DNA of 64,000 nucleotides, taken from assembly GCA_002011125.2 (NCBI GenBank), contig MTMF02000009.1:579095-643094 (forward strand), given 5' to 3'. How positions within the stretch are numbered: the first letter of the stretch is position 1; each line of letters begins with the position of its first letter. Position numbers and translations under genes: made by a program. This stretch comes from Candidatus Hydrothermarchaeum profundi. Its GTDB lineage: Archaea; Hydrothermarchaeota; Hydrothermarchaeia; Hydrothermarchaeales; Hydrothermarchaeaceae. Shown piece after piece: positions 1 to 9,089 of the stretch. The notes below the pieces were generated by a model, which did no database searches, was not told where the DNA came from, and worked only from the letters and a program-made list of their open reading frames with translations.

Positions 1-685
1 CTCCAACGATTACCTTCGTAACTCCAAGATTCTTCATGGCAAAGGCAGCCATATTATCGCATATTAAATCGACTGGAATCTCTTCGGCAACCATTTCAAA
101 CGTTGTCAATCGGGCTCCCTGTAATAATGGCCGAGTTTCATCAGCTATAACTTTTATCTTTTTTCCCTGTTTCCATGCCGTCTTGATTACCCCGAGTGCT
201 GTCCCTATACCGGTTGTAGCTAGTCCTCCTGCATTACAATGAGTAAGAACTACATCTCCATCTTCTAATAAGTCAGCTCCATACTCGCCTATCCGCTTAT
301 CAGATATCTTGGTTTCATCATGAATTCTCAGCGCTTCTTTAACTGTTTCAGCAGCTATATTTTTAGAGGATTCAGCTCTTTTAATCACTCTATCCAGCGC
401 CCAAAATAAGTTTACGGCTGTTGGTCTTGTTTTCTTCAACCTATCGTAGGATTTCTTTAATTCTATGAGAAGGATTTCACTAGGCTTATCTGCATTTTTT
501 ATGGCAGTAATAGCCATACCCAAAGCTGCTGCAACTCCGATAGCAGGAGCTCCTCTTATCCTTAAATTTTCAATAGCTTCAGCAATACATTCTACGTCTT
601 CGCACTCTATATACTTGACCTCAGTAGGGAGGAGCGTTTGGTCTAATATAATAACACTAGAATCTTTTAACTCGATTACTTTCAA
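1..685 (-). CDS. mtnA: S-methyl-5-thioribose-1-phosphate isomerase (eIF-2B family), runs off window start
   Basis: Not in ORF track. Manual minus-strand translation from TTG at 685 gives LKVIELKDSSVIILDQTLLP...LRIRGAPAIGVAAA...TRPTAVNLFWAL...VLTHCNAGGLAT...GTALGVI...DETRPLLQGARLT; GGTGA RBS upstream. Confidence 0.93.
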   Translation of the reverse strand, partial: MKVIELKDSSVIILDQTLLPTEVKYIECEDVECIAEAIENLRIRGAPAIGVAAALGMAITAIKNADKPSEILLIELKKSYDRLKKTRPTAVNLFWALDRVIKRAESSKNIAAETVKEALRIHDETKISDKRIGEYGADLLEDGDVVLTHCNAGGLATTGIGTALGVIKTAWKQGKKIKVIADETRPLLQGARLTTFEMVAEEIPVDLICDNMAAFAMKNLGVTKVIVG

Positions 686-733
686 GCCTATCACCACAAA
701 CCTTTTTTATTGATATCTCTGTATTTATAGGCT

Positions 734-1387
734 ATGGAACTGGTGGGGATATCAGTCTTCGCAGCTGATAGAAAAGGCCTGTTAAGAGACATAACAACGG
801 TAATAGCCAAGCATGGAGGTAATATAAGGTATATACAGCAGTTCCCCATGGATGAGGAAGTGCAAATCTATTTTGAGCTTGAGGATATAAAGGACTTTGA
901 GTCTTTAATCTCAGATCTTAATAAAGTTGAAAGTGTTATCTTGGTAGAAAAGACACGCTCATTTGAAAGCATTTATGGTAAACGAGTGATAGTTATTGGG
1001 GGTGGAGCTCAGGTCGCGCAAGTCGTGCTGGGTGCTGTTAGTGAGGCGGACAGGCATAATATTAGAGGCGAGAGAATAAGCGTAGATACTATACCATTAG
1101 TCGGTGAAGAAAAGCTAGCGGAAGCCATTAGGGCTGTTGGAAGGCTTCATAGGGCGGCTATCCTAGTATTAGCGGGTTCAATAATGGGAGGTGAAGTCAC
1201 TAAAGCTGTGAAAGAACTGCGCGAGGATCATGGCATCCCCGTGATCTCGCTAAATATGGCTGGAGGCGTTACAAAAGTGTGCGACCTTGTTGTCACAGAT
1301 CCGGTCCAAGCAGGAGTTATGGCTGTTATGACAGTAGCTGATACGGCTAGCTTTGATATTAATAAGGTGAGGGGGAAAAAATTCTGA
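734..1387 (+). CDS. ACT domain + DUF5612-type protein
   Basis: N-terminal ACT motif [20 protein letters not shown]; C-terminal [10 protein letters not shown]...[23 protein letters not shown] block typical of this archaeal family. Confidence 0.8.
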   Translation: MELVGISVFAADRKGLLRDITTVIAKHGGNIRYIQQFPMDEEVQIYFELEDIKDFESLISDLNKVESVILVEKTRSFESIYGKRVIVIGGGAQVAQVVLGAVSEADRHNIRGERISVDTIPLVGEEKLAEAIRAVGRLHRAAILVLAGSIMGGEVTKAVKELREDHGIPVISLNMAGGVTKVCDLVVTDPVQAGVMAVMTVADTASFDINKVRGKKF

Positions 1388-1398
1388 AGCAAAAACTT

Positions 1399-2169
1399 TT
1401 GAAATGGTTCGAAGATAAAGACGGAGCCGTAATAGCATTCTCTGGCGGGGTAGATAGCTCAGTTGTAGCAAAGGCGGCCAAAGAAGTTTTGGGTGGAAGG
1501 GCTATCGCTGTAACTTCTTTTTCACCTACATTTCCAAAATGGGAAGCAGAGTTAGCTAAAAAAGTTGCCATGGAAATAGGCATTAGATTGGAGATAGTAA
1601 ATGAAAATGAGCTGGAAAACCCGATGTTTGTTAGAAACCCGCCTAATAGGTGTTATTACTGTAGAAAAGGTCTTATCGAGGAGATAAAGAAGGTGGCGGA
1701 TGAGAATGGCATATCTCTAATTGTAGATGGTGCGAATTATGATGATATTAAGGAACATAGACCTGGTTTAAAGGCTATGAGAGAAGCTGGCGTCAGAAGT
1801 CCTCTAATTGAGCTTAAGTTAGGGAAAGAGGAAGTACGGGAGATCGCTAGAGAGTTTGGGCTTTCGGTAATGGATAAGCCTTCAATGGCGTGTCTTGCTT
1901 CTCGTATTCCTTATGGAGAATCTATTACGGGTTTTAAGTTAAAGAGAGTGGAAATGGCGGAGGATTTTTTAAGATCCATGGGAATTAAGCAATTAAGAGT
2001 TCGAAGTCATAAAAATACCGCTAGAATTGAAGTTTCTAATGGAGATGTTCTACGGGTGCTGGAGAATAGAGAAAAGATATTAAATAGGCTAACTCAGCTA
2101 GGTTTTGCCTATGTTACCCTCGATCTTGAAGGATATCGATCTGGCAGTATGGATGAAGTTTTAAAATAA
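1399..2169 (+). CDS. larE: ATP-dependent sulfur transferase LarE family (PP-loop), CxxC...C type
   Basis: SGGVDS PP-loop, NRCYYCR, SMACLASRIPYG, C-terminal GYRSGSM; true start may be ATT 1381 or CTG 1384. Confidence 0.88.
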   Translation: MKWFEDKDGAVIAFSGGVDSSVVAKAAKEVLGGRAIAVTSFSPTFPKWEAELAKKVAMEIGIRLEIVNENELENPMFVRNPPNRCYYCRKGLIEEIKKVADENGISLIVDGANYDDIKEHRPGLKAMREAGVRSPLIELKLGKEEVREIAREFGLSVMDKPSMACLASRIPYGESITGFKLKRVEMAEDFLRSMGIKQLRVRSHKNTARIEVSNGDVLRVLENREKILNRLTQLGFAYVTLDLEGYRSGSMDEVLK

Positions 2170-2322
2170 TTCTACGATAAAATTACAATTTTGCACATGT
2201 TTATTTTTTGTAGTCGAAAATATTCTCAAAATTTCGTTTGGTATTGTTCAACAGAAATAATTTATTACTAGAAATAATATTTTCACCGAAAAATATTTAT
2301 AATAAGACATAAAGCGGTATTA
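2170..2322 (+). promoter_or_regulatory. AT-rich promoter region of the sulfur-relay operon
   Basis: TATA-like TTTATAATA near 2297 after an A-rich BRE; AGAAATAAT occurs twice and CGAAAA(A)TATT twice. Confidence 0.45.
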
Positions 2323-3570
2323 GTGATTCTTATGATCGTCGGATTAAAATGTAGAAATTGCGGTAAGAGGTATCCCGAAGAGCCTGTAAGCATCTGTGAG
2401 GATTGCTTTGGGCCACTAGAGGTTGAATACGACTACGAGAAAATTAAAGAATCTTTGAGTATAGAGAAGATAGAGAAAGGACCTAACACGCTCTGGAGAT
2501 ATAAAGATTTACTACCAGTAAAAAGCAAGGTCGTAGATTTAAAGGCAGGCTTTACGCCTCTTCATAAGGCGGATAATCTTGCTGAAGAACTCGGTTTAAA
2601 AGAGCTTTATATTAAAAATGACTCTGTTAATCCTACTTTTTCATTTAAGGATAGGGTGGTATCAGTCGCAGTTTCTAAAGCCTTAGAGTTTGGTTTCGAT
2701 ACAGTGGGGTGTGCTTCTACAGGGAATCTAGCAAATTCTGTCGCAGCTCATGCAGCGAAAGCTAAGTTAAAATGTTATATTTTTATACCTGCTGATCTGA
2801 ATTTGGGAAAAATTATTCAAACCCTAGTTTACGGTCCGAACTTAATAGGGGTAAAGGGGAATTATGACGAAGTAAACCGACTTTGCACAGAGATCGCAGG
2901 CTATTATGACTGGGGTTTTGTTAATATAAATTTACGGCCCTACTACGCAGAGGGCTCTAAGACATTAGGCTATGAAGTTGCTGAGCAGCTAGGATGGACT
3001 ACTCCAGATAGAATTGTAGTGCCGGTAGCATCAGGGTCTCTCTTAACCAAAATATGGAAAGGTTTCAATGAGTTGGTTGAAGTTGATATCATAGATGAAG
3101 TTAAAACAAGAGTTACGGCTGCACAGGCACAAGGATGTTCTCCAGTGGTTACTGCATTTCTAACAAACAGTGAGGTGAAGCCTGTAAGGCCTAATACTAT
3201 CGAAAAGAGTCTCGCAATAGGTAATCCTGCTGACGGCTATTATGCCGTTAAAGTGCTTAAAGAATCTATGGGCACTGCAGGTGCGGCGTCAGATGAAGAA
3301 ATTATAGATGGTATAAAGCTCTTAGCAAAGACTGAGGGCATATTCACAGAGACGGCCGGGGGAGTCGTTGTAGGCACATTAAAGAAACTTGTTGAAAATG
3401 GTGAAATCGATAAAGATGAGAGAGTTGTAATATACATTACTGGCAATGGGTTAAAGACTCAAGACGTATTGGCAGATTATCTGCCTTCACTTATTAAGAT
3501 AAATCCAGATCTTAATGAATTCAATGAACTTTTGAAAAAAAAGACTACTGTAAAGGAGGTGGCTATTTAA
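2323..3570 (+). CDS. thrC: threonine synthase-like PLP enzyme (fold type II) with N-terminal zinc ribbon; may be sulfur-carrier-dependent
   Basis: CRNC...CEDC, PLP lysine in NPTFSFKDR, ASTGNLA, PVASGSLL, ITGNGLK; stop overlaps start of the MoaD-like gene. Confidence 0.85.
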   Translation: MILMIVGLKCRNCGKRYPEEPVSICEDCFGPLEVEYDYEKIKESLSIEKIEKGPNTLWRYKDLLPVKSKVVDLKAGFTPLHKADNLAEELGLKELYIKNDSVNPTFSFKDRVVSVAVSKALEFGFDTVGCASTGNLANSVAAHAAKAKLKCYIFIPADLNLGKIIQTLVYGPNLIGVKGNYDEVNRLCTEIAGYYDWGFVNINLRPYYAEGSKTLGYEVAEQLGWTTPDRIVVPVASGSLLTKIWKGFNELVEVDIIDEVKTRVTAAQAQGCSPVVTAFLTNSEVKPVRPNTIEKSLAIGNPADGYYAVKVLKESMGTAGAASDEEIIDGIKLLAKTEGIFTETAGGVVVGTLKKLVENGEIDKDERVVIYITGNGLKTQDVLADYLPSLIKINPDLNEFNELLKKKTTVKEVAI

Positions 3571-3839
3571 TGGCTATTGTTAGGCTTGCTACTCCCCTGC
3601 GGAAATATAGTCAGGGAAAGCCTGAGATTACAGCTCCGGGGAAAACTTTGAAAGAGGTTATTATGAACATAGATTCTGCTAGCCCGGGTTTTGCTGAAAA
3701 AATCTTAGAAAATGACGAGATAAAGAGATTTGTAAATATCTATGTGAATAATGAGGATGTAAGGTTAGGGGATGGGTTGAATACAAAAGTGGGAGAAAAA
3801 GATACTATCTCTATACTTCCAGCAGTATCAGGTGGTTAA
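3570..3839 (+). CDS. ubiquitin-like sulfur carrier (MoaD/CysO/SAMP family)
   Basis: 89 aa, RFVNIYVNNEDVR, ends exactly in PAVSGG. Confidence 0.93.
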   Translation: MAIVRLATPLRKYSQGKPEITAPGKTLKEVIMNIDSASPGFAEKILENDEIKRFVNIYVNNEDVRLGDGLNTKVGEKDTISILPAVSGG

Positions 3840-3842
3840 CTA

Positions 3843-4331
3843 ATGGTACTCATTTATAGTACACCTATCGAAAAGTGGGAATGTGCGTATAAGGAATGCG
3901 GAGCCAAATGTTGTACAGGCGGTAGAGAAGTTACTGCCGGGGATATAAGAAGGATAGCAAGGGCTACCGGACTTAAGCCGGAAAAGTTTGTGCATTTAGA
4001 GGATGAGAAAGGACTTTTCAGGTTAAAAAATGGTGATAGATGCGTATTCCTTAATGACGACTACTCGTGCCGTTTGCATAAAAGGGGAGTCAAGCCAATA
4101 TTCTGCCGTATGTACCCCTTTAAATTTGAAGGAGTTATTTATGCGGATGAAATAGTCCTTAAGGTTAAAGTCACGGATAACTGCCCTGGAATCGGTAGGG
4201 GACATAAGATTGGGGAAGATTTGGAGGCTACTATAGAAGAACTTGGGAATAAATTTGTAAACGAGATAAAAGATTTCTTAAGATTAAAGGGAGAAGGGTT
4301 GTCAAATGAGTCTATCATTGGAAGAGATTAA
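3843..4331 (+). CDS. YkgJ-family cysteine cluster protein
   Basis: ECAYKECGAKCC, CVFL...CRLH...KPIFCRMYPF, CPGIG. Confidence 0.85.
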   Translation: MVLIYSTPIEKWECAYKECGAKCCTGGREVTAGDIRRIARATGLKPEKFVHLEDEKGLFRLKNGDRCVFLNDDYSCRLHKRGVKPIFCRMYPFKFEGVIYADEIVLKVKVTDNCPGIGRGHKIGEDLEATIEELGNKFVNEIKDFLRLKGEGLSNESIIGRD

Positions 4332-5103
4332 AAGGTATAGCAGGCAACTCGTGTTGCCGGACTTTGGTAGTAGAGAGCAGAATAGGCTTAAAAAAGCCAA
4401 GGTAGCTGTTACTGGCGCTGGAGGACTTGGATGCCCGATATCAACTTACTTGACCTTAGCAGGCGTAGGAAGAATCGACATAATTGACATGGATAAGCTA
4501 GATCTTACTAATTTGAACAGACAATTTCTGTATAGTGTTGAGGATATAGGAAAGCCTAAGGCTGAACTGGCTGCTAAGCGTTTGAGCGAGATAAATCCAG
4601 AGATAGAAATCAATGGTATCACAGAAATGATAACGTACGATAACGCGTTTGACCTCCTTAAAGGATACGATGCGGTAGTTGATGGAACAGATAATTTTCC
4701 GGTTAGATATGCGGTTAATGATGCGTGTGCGGTTAACAGAGTACCTCTCTTCCATGGAGCAGTGCTGATGTATGAGGGCCGGGCTATGAGCATAATTCCT
4801 AAGGAAACTGCATGTTTTAGATGCGTTTTTCCAGAAGCACCGCCTGCAGGTACAGTGCCCACTTGTAGGGAAGCCGGCGTTATAGGCGCAATGACAGGAA
4901 TGGTTGGAGCTATTCAAGCATTAGAGGCGATAAGATATCTTGCTGGAAAAGAGATAGCCCTTAAGAATACACTATTGGTTATAAATGCCGATACTATGGA
5001 TTTCGATAAGATCAAGGTAACTAGAAAGGAAGATTGTACTGCATGCGGCGAGAAATTTATCGCTAAGCCTGTAGTTTATGTTTGCGAAGATGAGGGAAAC
5101 TAA
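4306..5103 (+). CDS. moeB: HesA/MoeB/ThiF E1-like adenylyltransferase, no rhodanese domain
   Basis: RYSRQL, GAGGLG, TNLNRQ, DGTDNF, CFRC, PTCREAG, CTAC. Confidence 0.92.
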   Translation: MSLSLEEIKRYSRQLVLPDFGSREQNRLKKAKVAVTGAGGLGCPISTYLTLAGVGRIDIIDMDKLDLTNLNRQFLYSVEDIGKPKAELAAKRLSEINPEIEINGITEMITYDNAFDLLKGYDAVVDGTDNFPVRYAVNDACAVNRVPLFHGAVLMYEGRAMSIIPKETACFRCVFPEAPPAGTVPTCREAGVIGAMTGMVGAIQALEAIRYLAGKEIALKNTLLVINADTMDFDKIKVTRKEDCTACGEKFIAKPVVYVCEDEGN

Positions 5104-5104
5104 A

Positions 5105-5350
5105 ATGGAGCCTGAAGTCTTTGACCTTAGAGGGGAAAAATGCCCGGATACCTTCGTTTACACAAAAGTGAAGTTAGAAGAGCTGGCGTACTCTGGCGGT
5201 GGTCTTTTAAAGGTTATCGTAGATTATCCGCCGGCAGCTGAGAATATCCCTAGGAGTCTGAAGGAGGAGAAAATAAAGTACGAGGTTTTAGATGTTAAAA
5301 AAGTTGGAGATAAGACCTACGAATTGCTAATAAAAGCTCCTCCGGTATGA
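5105..5350 (+). CDS. tusA: TusA/SirA-family sulfurtransferase
   Basis: FDLRGEKCPDT motif, LKVIVDYPPAAENIP; ATG at 5105 after GAGG. Confidence 0.88.
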   Translation: MEPEVFDLRGEKCPDTFVYTKVKLEELAYSGGGLLKVIVDYPPAAENIPRSLKEEKIKYEVLDVKKVGDKTYELLIKAPPV

Positions 5351-6279
5351 TGATTATGGAAAACATAAGAGCACATTTAGGGATGAAGTACAACTTAGTT
5401 GGGGTTAAAATCCTCAAGGAAAAACCAGTAGATATAGAAAAGCCTACTAGAAAGCTTCGTTACTGTGAGATGGTAAGAAAAGCTGCTAATGGCGAAGTGA
5501 TTACTGCGGAGCATGAGGATATAGCATGCCCCAATGCTGAGGTAACCCTCGGTTTTGTTGAGCCTGTGTATGTTGACATACAGCCACGTATTTCTCCAGC
5601 GGAAACTAAAGTGGTTAAGGTTGGTCCATTAGATAAAATTCGAGATCCTGATATCATACTAGCGATTCTTAATCCGAGGCAGGCAATGGAGGTTGCGTCC
5701 ATAATGGACGGCCTTGAAGCAAAGTTTGCGGGCAGTATGGCGGTTTGCGGAGAGGCTACCGCTAAGCCATATATGGAGAAAAAAAGTAATGTAACGATGC
5801 TTTGCGGTGGAGCGAGGACTTTTGCGGATTTCAGGGATTCAGATCTGATAGTAGGAGGTCCCCCTGAGTTTTTTGAAGAACTGTCAAAGAGAATATCTGC
5901 TCTTTCAAAGACCTGCGTGGCTCTTTGCGGTTGCAAAACAAGTGACCTCTCTCCACGTATAATTGAGAGCTTTAGGAAGATAGGCTTCGAGAAGGGAACT
6001 GACTATTTCTTTGGCAAGGTTGATGGTACAAATGTTAGGATATATTTAAACAAAGACACGCATGGTAAGATAAAGTACATAACTGTGCATATACCCCTTA
6101 GGGGAGTTGAAGTAAAAGCAAAAGAACCTTTGATAGTCAAGAAGAGGGGAAATTGGACAGATGTGGCGATGACCTTCGGTTTAGGCGAGGCGATTGATTT
6201 AAACACTGGCAGGGGACTCAAAGAGGCTATTATGGATATACTCAAAAAGGTTAGTGATTCAAAGGTAATAGCCAGATGA
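5347..6279 (+). CDS. DUF169-family protein with extra C-terminal domain
   Basis: RYCEMV, IACPNA, MAVCGE, LCGGAR Cys pattern; then CVALCGC and about 120 unassigned residues. Confidence 0.7.
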   Translation: MMIMENIRAHLGMKYNLVGVKILKEKPVDIEKPTRKLRYCEMVRKAANGEVITAEHEDIACPNAEVTLGFVEPVYVDIQPRISPAETKVVKVGPLDKIRDPDIILAILNPRQAMEVASIMDGLEAKFAGSMAVCGEATAKPYMEKKSNVTMLCGGARTFADFRDSDLIVGGPPEFFEELSKRISALSKTCVALCGCKTSDLSPRIIESFRKIGFEKGTDYFFGKVDGTNVRIYLNKDTHGKIKYITVHIPLRGVEVKAKEPLIVKKRGNWTDVAMTFGLGEAIDLNTGRGLKEAIMDILKKVSDSKVIAR

Positions 6280-7460
6280 GTGTATCACCCGAGTTTTCTG
6301 CTATGGATGTGGGTAATTTGAGTTACAGGTATAAAGACTTCATAATAATAAATCCGCTGATGAGGGGGGGAATAGTGCCTAAGAGTGTTACTGAGAGGCT
6401 CTGTGATGAAGGATGGTTAGAAGTAGGGTATAATCTCTGCCACGATTGCATTGAAGGTAGATCGAGTCTAATAACAAAGCCGAATGTGAAGGAATTTCTT
6501 TCGGAGATAGCTGTATTTTTTGGTGGTGACGAGGCAGAGCATACCTTTGGATGTAGGGCAGCGCAGTTTGCAGTCATGAAAACCATATCAGAGGTATCTC
6601 CGGATGGGGTAGTTTTATCGGATCCTAACAGCCACTACTCTACGAACATAGCTGCGGAGATGTGTGGTCTGAAAGTCGTTGAGTCACCGCATACGGGATA
6701 TCCTGAATATAAAGTTGAGGTGGACTCCGTTATTGAGAAGATAGAGGAGATAGGTAATCCTGCTCTTGTGGTAATGACTCATGCTGATCCGTATTATGGG
6801 AACCTAGCTCCAGTTAAAGAAATAGGTAAAGTATGTGCTGAGAAAGAGATACCTTATATGGTGAACTCCGCTTATACTGGCGGTGTAATGCCTATCAATA
6901 TGAAGGATTTAAACGCCGACTTCTTGACTTTATCCGCTCATAAGTCGATGGCGTCTATTGGTCCTCTAGGATTTCTAGTCACAACTTATGAGTGGTCTAG
7001 AAAGGTATTTGCGCTTTCTAAGTCTAAGCCGGATTGGACTGGCAGGGCGTTTGGTAAAAAAATCCCTAATGTCTTTGGCTGCAGTATTGGCGGCCTCCCC
7101 TTGGTCTGTGCAATGAATTCATTCCCCTATGTTAAGGAGAGAGTCAAAAAATGGGACGAGGAGATAAATAAAACCAATAAGTTTATTGATGCAATGGAGG
7201 ACCTGGGAGATATAATGCTTCTGGGTGAGCGGCCTCATAGGCATCATCTTCTTCATTTTGAGACGCCTCTCTTCTGGGAGATATCTAAAAAGCATAGGCG
7301 GAAAGGATTCTTCCTTGCGGAAGAAATGATAAAACGAGGCATTGTTGGCCTGCACAAGGGTCTAAGCAAGCATATAAAGCTGTCGGTATATGGGCTCAGC
7401 GATGAAGAGGTCAGCAAGGTGTTAGAGGCGTTTAAAGAGGTTGCTGAAATATCAGCTTAA
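6276..7460 (+). CDS. pscS: O-phospho-L-seryl-tRNA:Cys-tRNA synthase (SepCysS), divergent
   Basis: INPLMRGG, GYNLCHDC, PLP lysine in SAHKSMAS, FGCS, RRKGFFL, IKLSVYGL. Confidence 0.88.
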   Translation: MSVSPEFSAMDVGNLSYRYKDFIIINPLMRGGIVPKSVTERLCDEGWLEVGYNLCHDCIEGRSSLITKPNVKEFLSEIAVFFGGDEAEHTFGCRAAQFAVMKTISEVSPDGVVLSDPNSHYSTNIAAEMCGLKVVESPHTGYPEYKVEVDSVIEKIEEIGNPALVVMTHADPYYGNLAPVKEIGKVCAEKEIPYMVNSAYTGGVMPINMKDLNADFLTLSAHKSMASIGPLGFLVTTYEWSRKVFALSKSKPDWTGRAFGKKIPNVFGCSIGGLPLVCAMNSFPYVKERVKKWDEEINKTNKFIDAMEDLGDIMLLGERPHRHHLLHFETPLFWEISKKHRRKGFFLAEEMIKRGIVGLHKGLSKHIKLSVYGLSDEEVSKVLEAFKEVAEISA

Positions 7461-7711
7461 TCACTAAATCCTCTGATTAAGACCTCAACGTTGGCGTCTT
7501 TTACTCCTTCAATTTTTTTAATTTCTCTCTCACCTCTAACGGCTAGCACGAAATTATATGGGCAGCTGCTCAAGATGCCTCGCATCTTAACATTTACCAC
7601 TTCACCCTCTATTTTTACTTCTTCTATGAGGCCTAGGTCAACTATGTTGCTGCCTGCCCTTATGCTGTGCACTCTTCTTAGTGCTCCTAATACTTCTTCC
7701 TCCGTTACCAT
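7457..7711 (-). CDS. DUF59/SufT-like metal-sulfur cluster assembly factor
   Basis: VTEEEVLGALRRV...NIVDLGLI...SCP motif. Confidence 0.8.
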   Translation of the reverse strand: MVTEEEVLGALRRVHSIRAGSNIVDLGLIEEVKIEGEVVNVKMRGILSSCPYNFVLAVRGEREIKKIEGVKDANVEVLIRGFSD

Positions 7712-8526
7712 ATTACCCTTAAGCTCATGTCAAGCCATTTACTGGCGGTAGTTAGTGATCCCATGGAGATTATATCCGGCTTTAACTTTATGTAGGAGTC
7801 TATATTCTTCTCAGTGATTCCTCCGGAGATCTCTATTTTTACCTTTTTCCTATATCCTTTTTCTTTTATCTTCTCTATTATTTTTTCTGCTTTATCAGGT
7901 GTCATATTATCAAGCATTATTATATCAACTCCTAACTCGCAGGCTGTGAGGGCTTCTTCAGCGTTCTTAACCTCAACTTCTAATGTCTTGGATTTATTTT
8001 TACTTCTTGCTTTTTTTATAGCCTCTTCTAATCCTACGATAGCAATATGATTATCCTTGATTAAATATGCTTCATCCAAAGTATTTCTATGAGGCCATCC
8101 TCCTCCGACTTTTATGGCTTTTTTCTCGAAGTATCTAAACCCTGGGGTGGTCTTCCTAGTGCCCGCTATGATAACACCATAGGCTGAGCTTTTTTTTACA
8201 AGCATGTGGGTATAGGTGGCGATCCCACTCATCCTCATAAGTATATTGAGGAGGACTCTTTCGATCGTTAGAATATTCCTGGCGTTGCCGTTAATCTTGA
8301 GAATGACATCTCCTTTTCCAATGGCATCACCGTCTTTCAGGCTTGACTCATATTTAAGGCCGAAATGTTCTAAGAGCAGTATTGATTCTTCTAGGCCAGC
8401 TAGAACCCCATCTTCTTTAGCGATTACTTCTGCGCTTATTTTTTGGTTCTTAGGTATAGTAGCCTGCGTAGTAATATCCTCTTTCCCTATATCTTCTTTT
8501 AAAAAATCTAATAATTTAGAAATCAT
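7705..8526 (-). CDS. nadC: nicotinate-nucleotide pyrophosphorylase (carboxylating)
   Basis: EDIGKEDIT, TRKTTPG, IKDNH, EVEV, IMLDN, SGGI. Confidence 0.96.
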   Translation of the reverse strand: MISKLLDFLKEDIGKEDITTQATIPKNQKISAEVIAKEDGVLAGLEESILLLEHFGLKYESSLKDGDAIGKGDVILKINGNARNILTIERVLLNILMRMSGIATYTHMLVKKSSAYGVIIAGTRKTTPGFRYFEKKAIKVGGGWPHRNTLDEAYLIKDNHIAIVGLEEAIKKARSKNKSKTLEVEVKNAEEALTACELGVDIIMLDNMTPDKAEKIIEKIKEKGYRKKVKIEISGGITEKNIDSYIKLKPDIISMGSLTTASKWLDMSLRVIW

Positions 8527-8570
8527 GCTATTGAAATTATTTATACACGGCATATAACTATTAATTTTTT

Positions 8571-9089
8571 ATGCGTGCTCTATTGGTAATCGATATGCTA
8601 AACGACTTCGTAAGAGAGGATGGGGCGCTTCCAGTGCCGGGCGCTAACAAGCTAATAGAGCCTATAAACAAATTAATTGGGGAATTTCGGGAGAGAAAGG
8701 AGCCAATAATCTTCGTACAGGATTCCCATGATGAGGATGACAGGGAATTCAAGGCATGGCCTAAGCATGCGGTAGAGGGAACTGAAGGGGCTGAGGTAAT
8801 AAAGGAGCTGGATAAAAGGCCAGAGGATATAGTGGTTAAAAAGAAGAGGTACTCTGCCTTCTACAATACTGATCTAGATGATATATTGAGAGAGAAGGGC
8901 GTTGACACGCTCGTGTTGACCGGAGTGCTCACAGATATTTGTGTGATGCATACTGCTACCGATGCAGCCATGAGGAATTATAAGATAATTGTGCCTGAAA
9001 ATTGCGTAGCATCATCTACCGAGGAAAACCATAAGTGGGCGATAAAGCACATGAAGGAAATCCTCCTTGAAGTCGAAGTCATTGCCTGA
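8571..9089 (+). CDS. pncA: nicotinamidase (isochorismatase family)
   Basis: VIDMLNDF, DSH, WPKHAV, KKRYSAF, GVLTDICV; NAD gene context. Confidence 0.85.
   Translation: MRALLVIDMLNDFVREDGALPVPGANKLIEPINKLIGEFRERKEPIIFVQDSHDEDDREFKAWPKHAVEGTEGAEVIKELDKRPEDIVVKKKRYSAFYNTDLDDILREKGVDTLVLTGVLTDICVMHTATDAAMRNYKIIVPENCVASSTEENHKWAIKHMKEILLEVEVIA

Noticed and set aside
2245-2280. Mini-ORB-like TTCAACAGAAAT in the larE-thrC gap
   Set aside because: No G-string and no replication gene nearby; expected by chance in an AT-rich promoter.
2323-3570. Cysteate synthase / coenzyme M pathway assignment
   Set aside because: No aminotransferase or comDE neighbours; coupling to a Gly-Gly carrier fits a carrier-dependent reaction better. 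Not fully excluded without a phylogeny.
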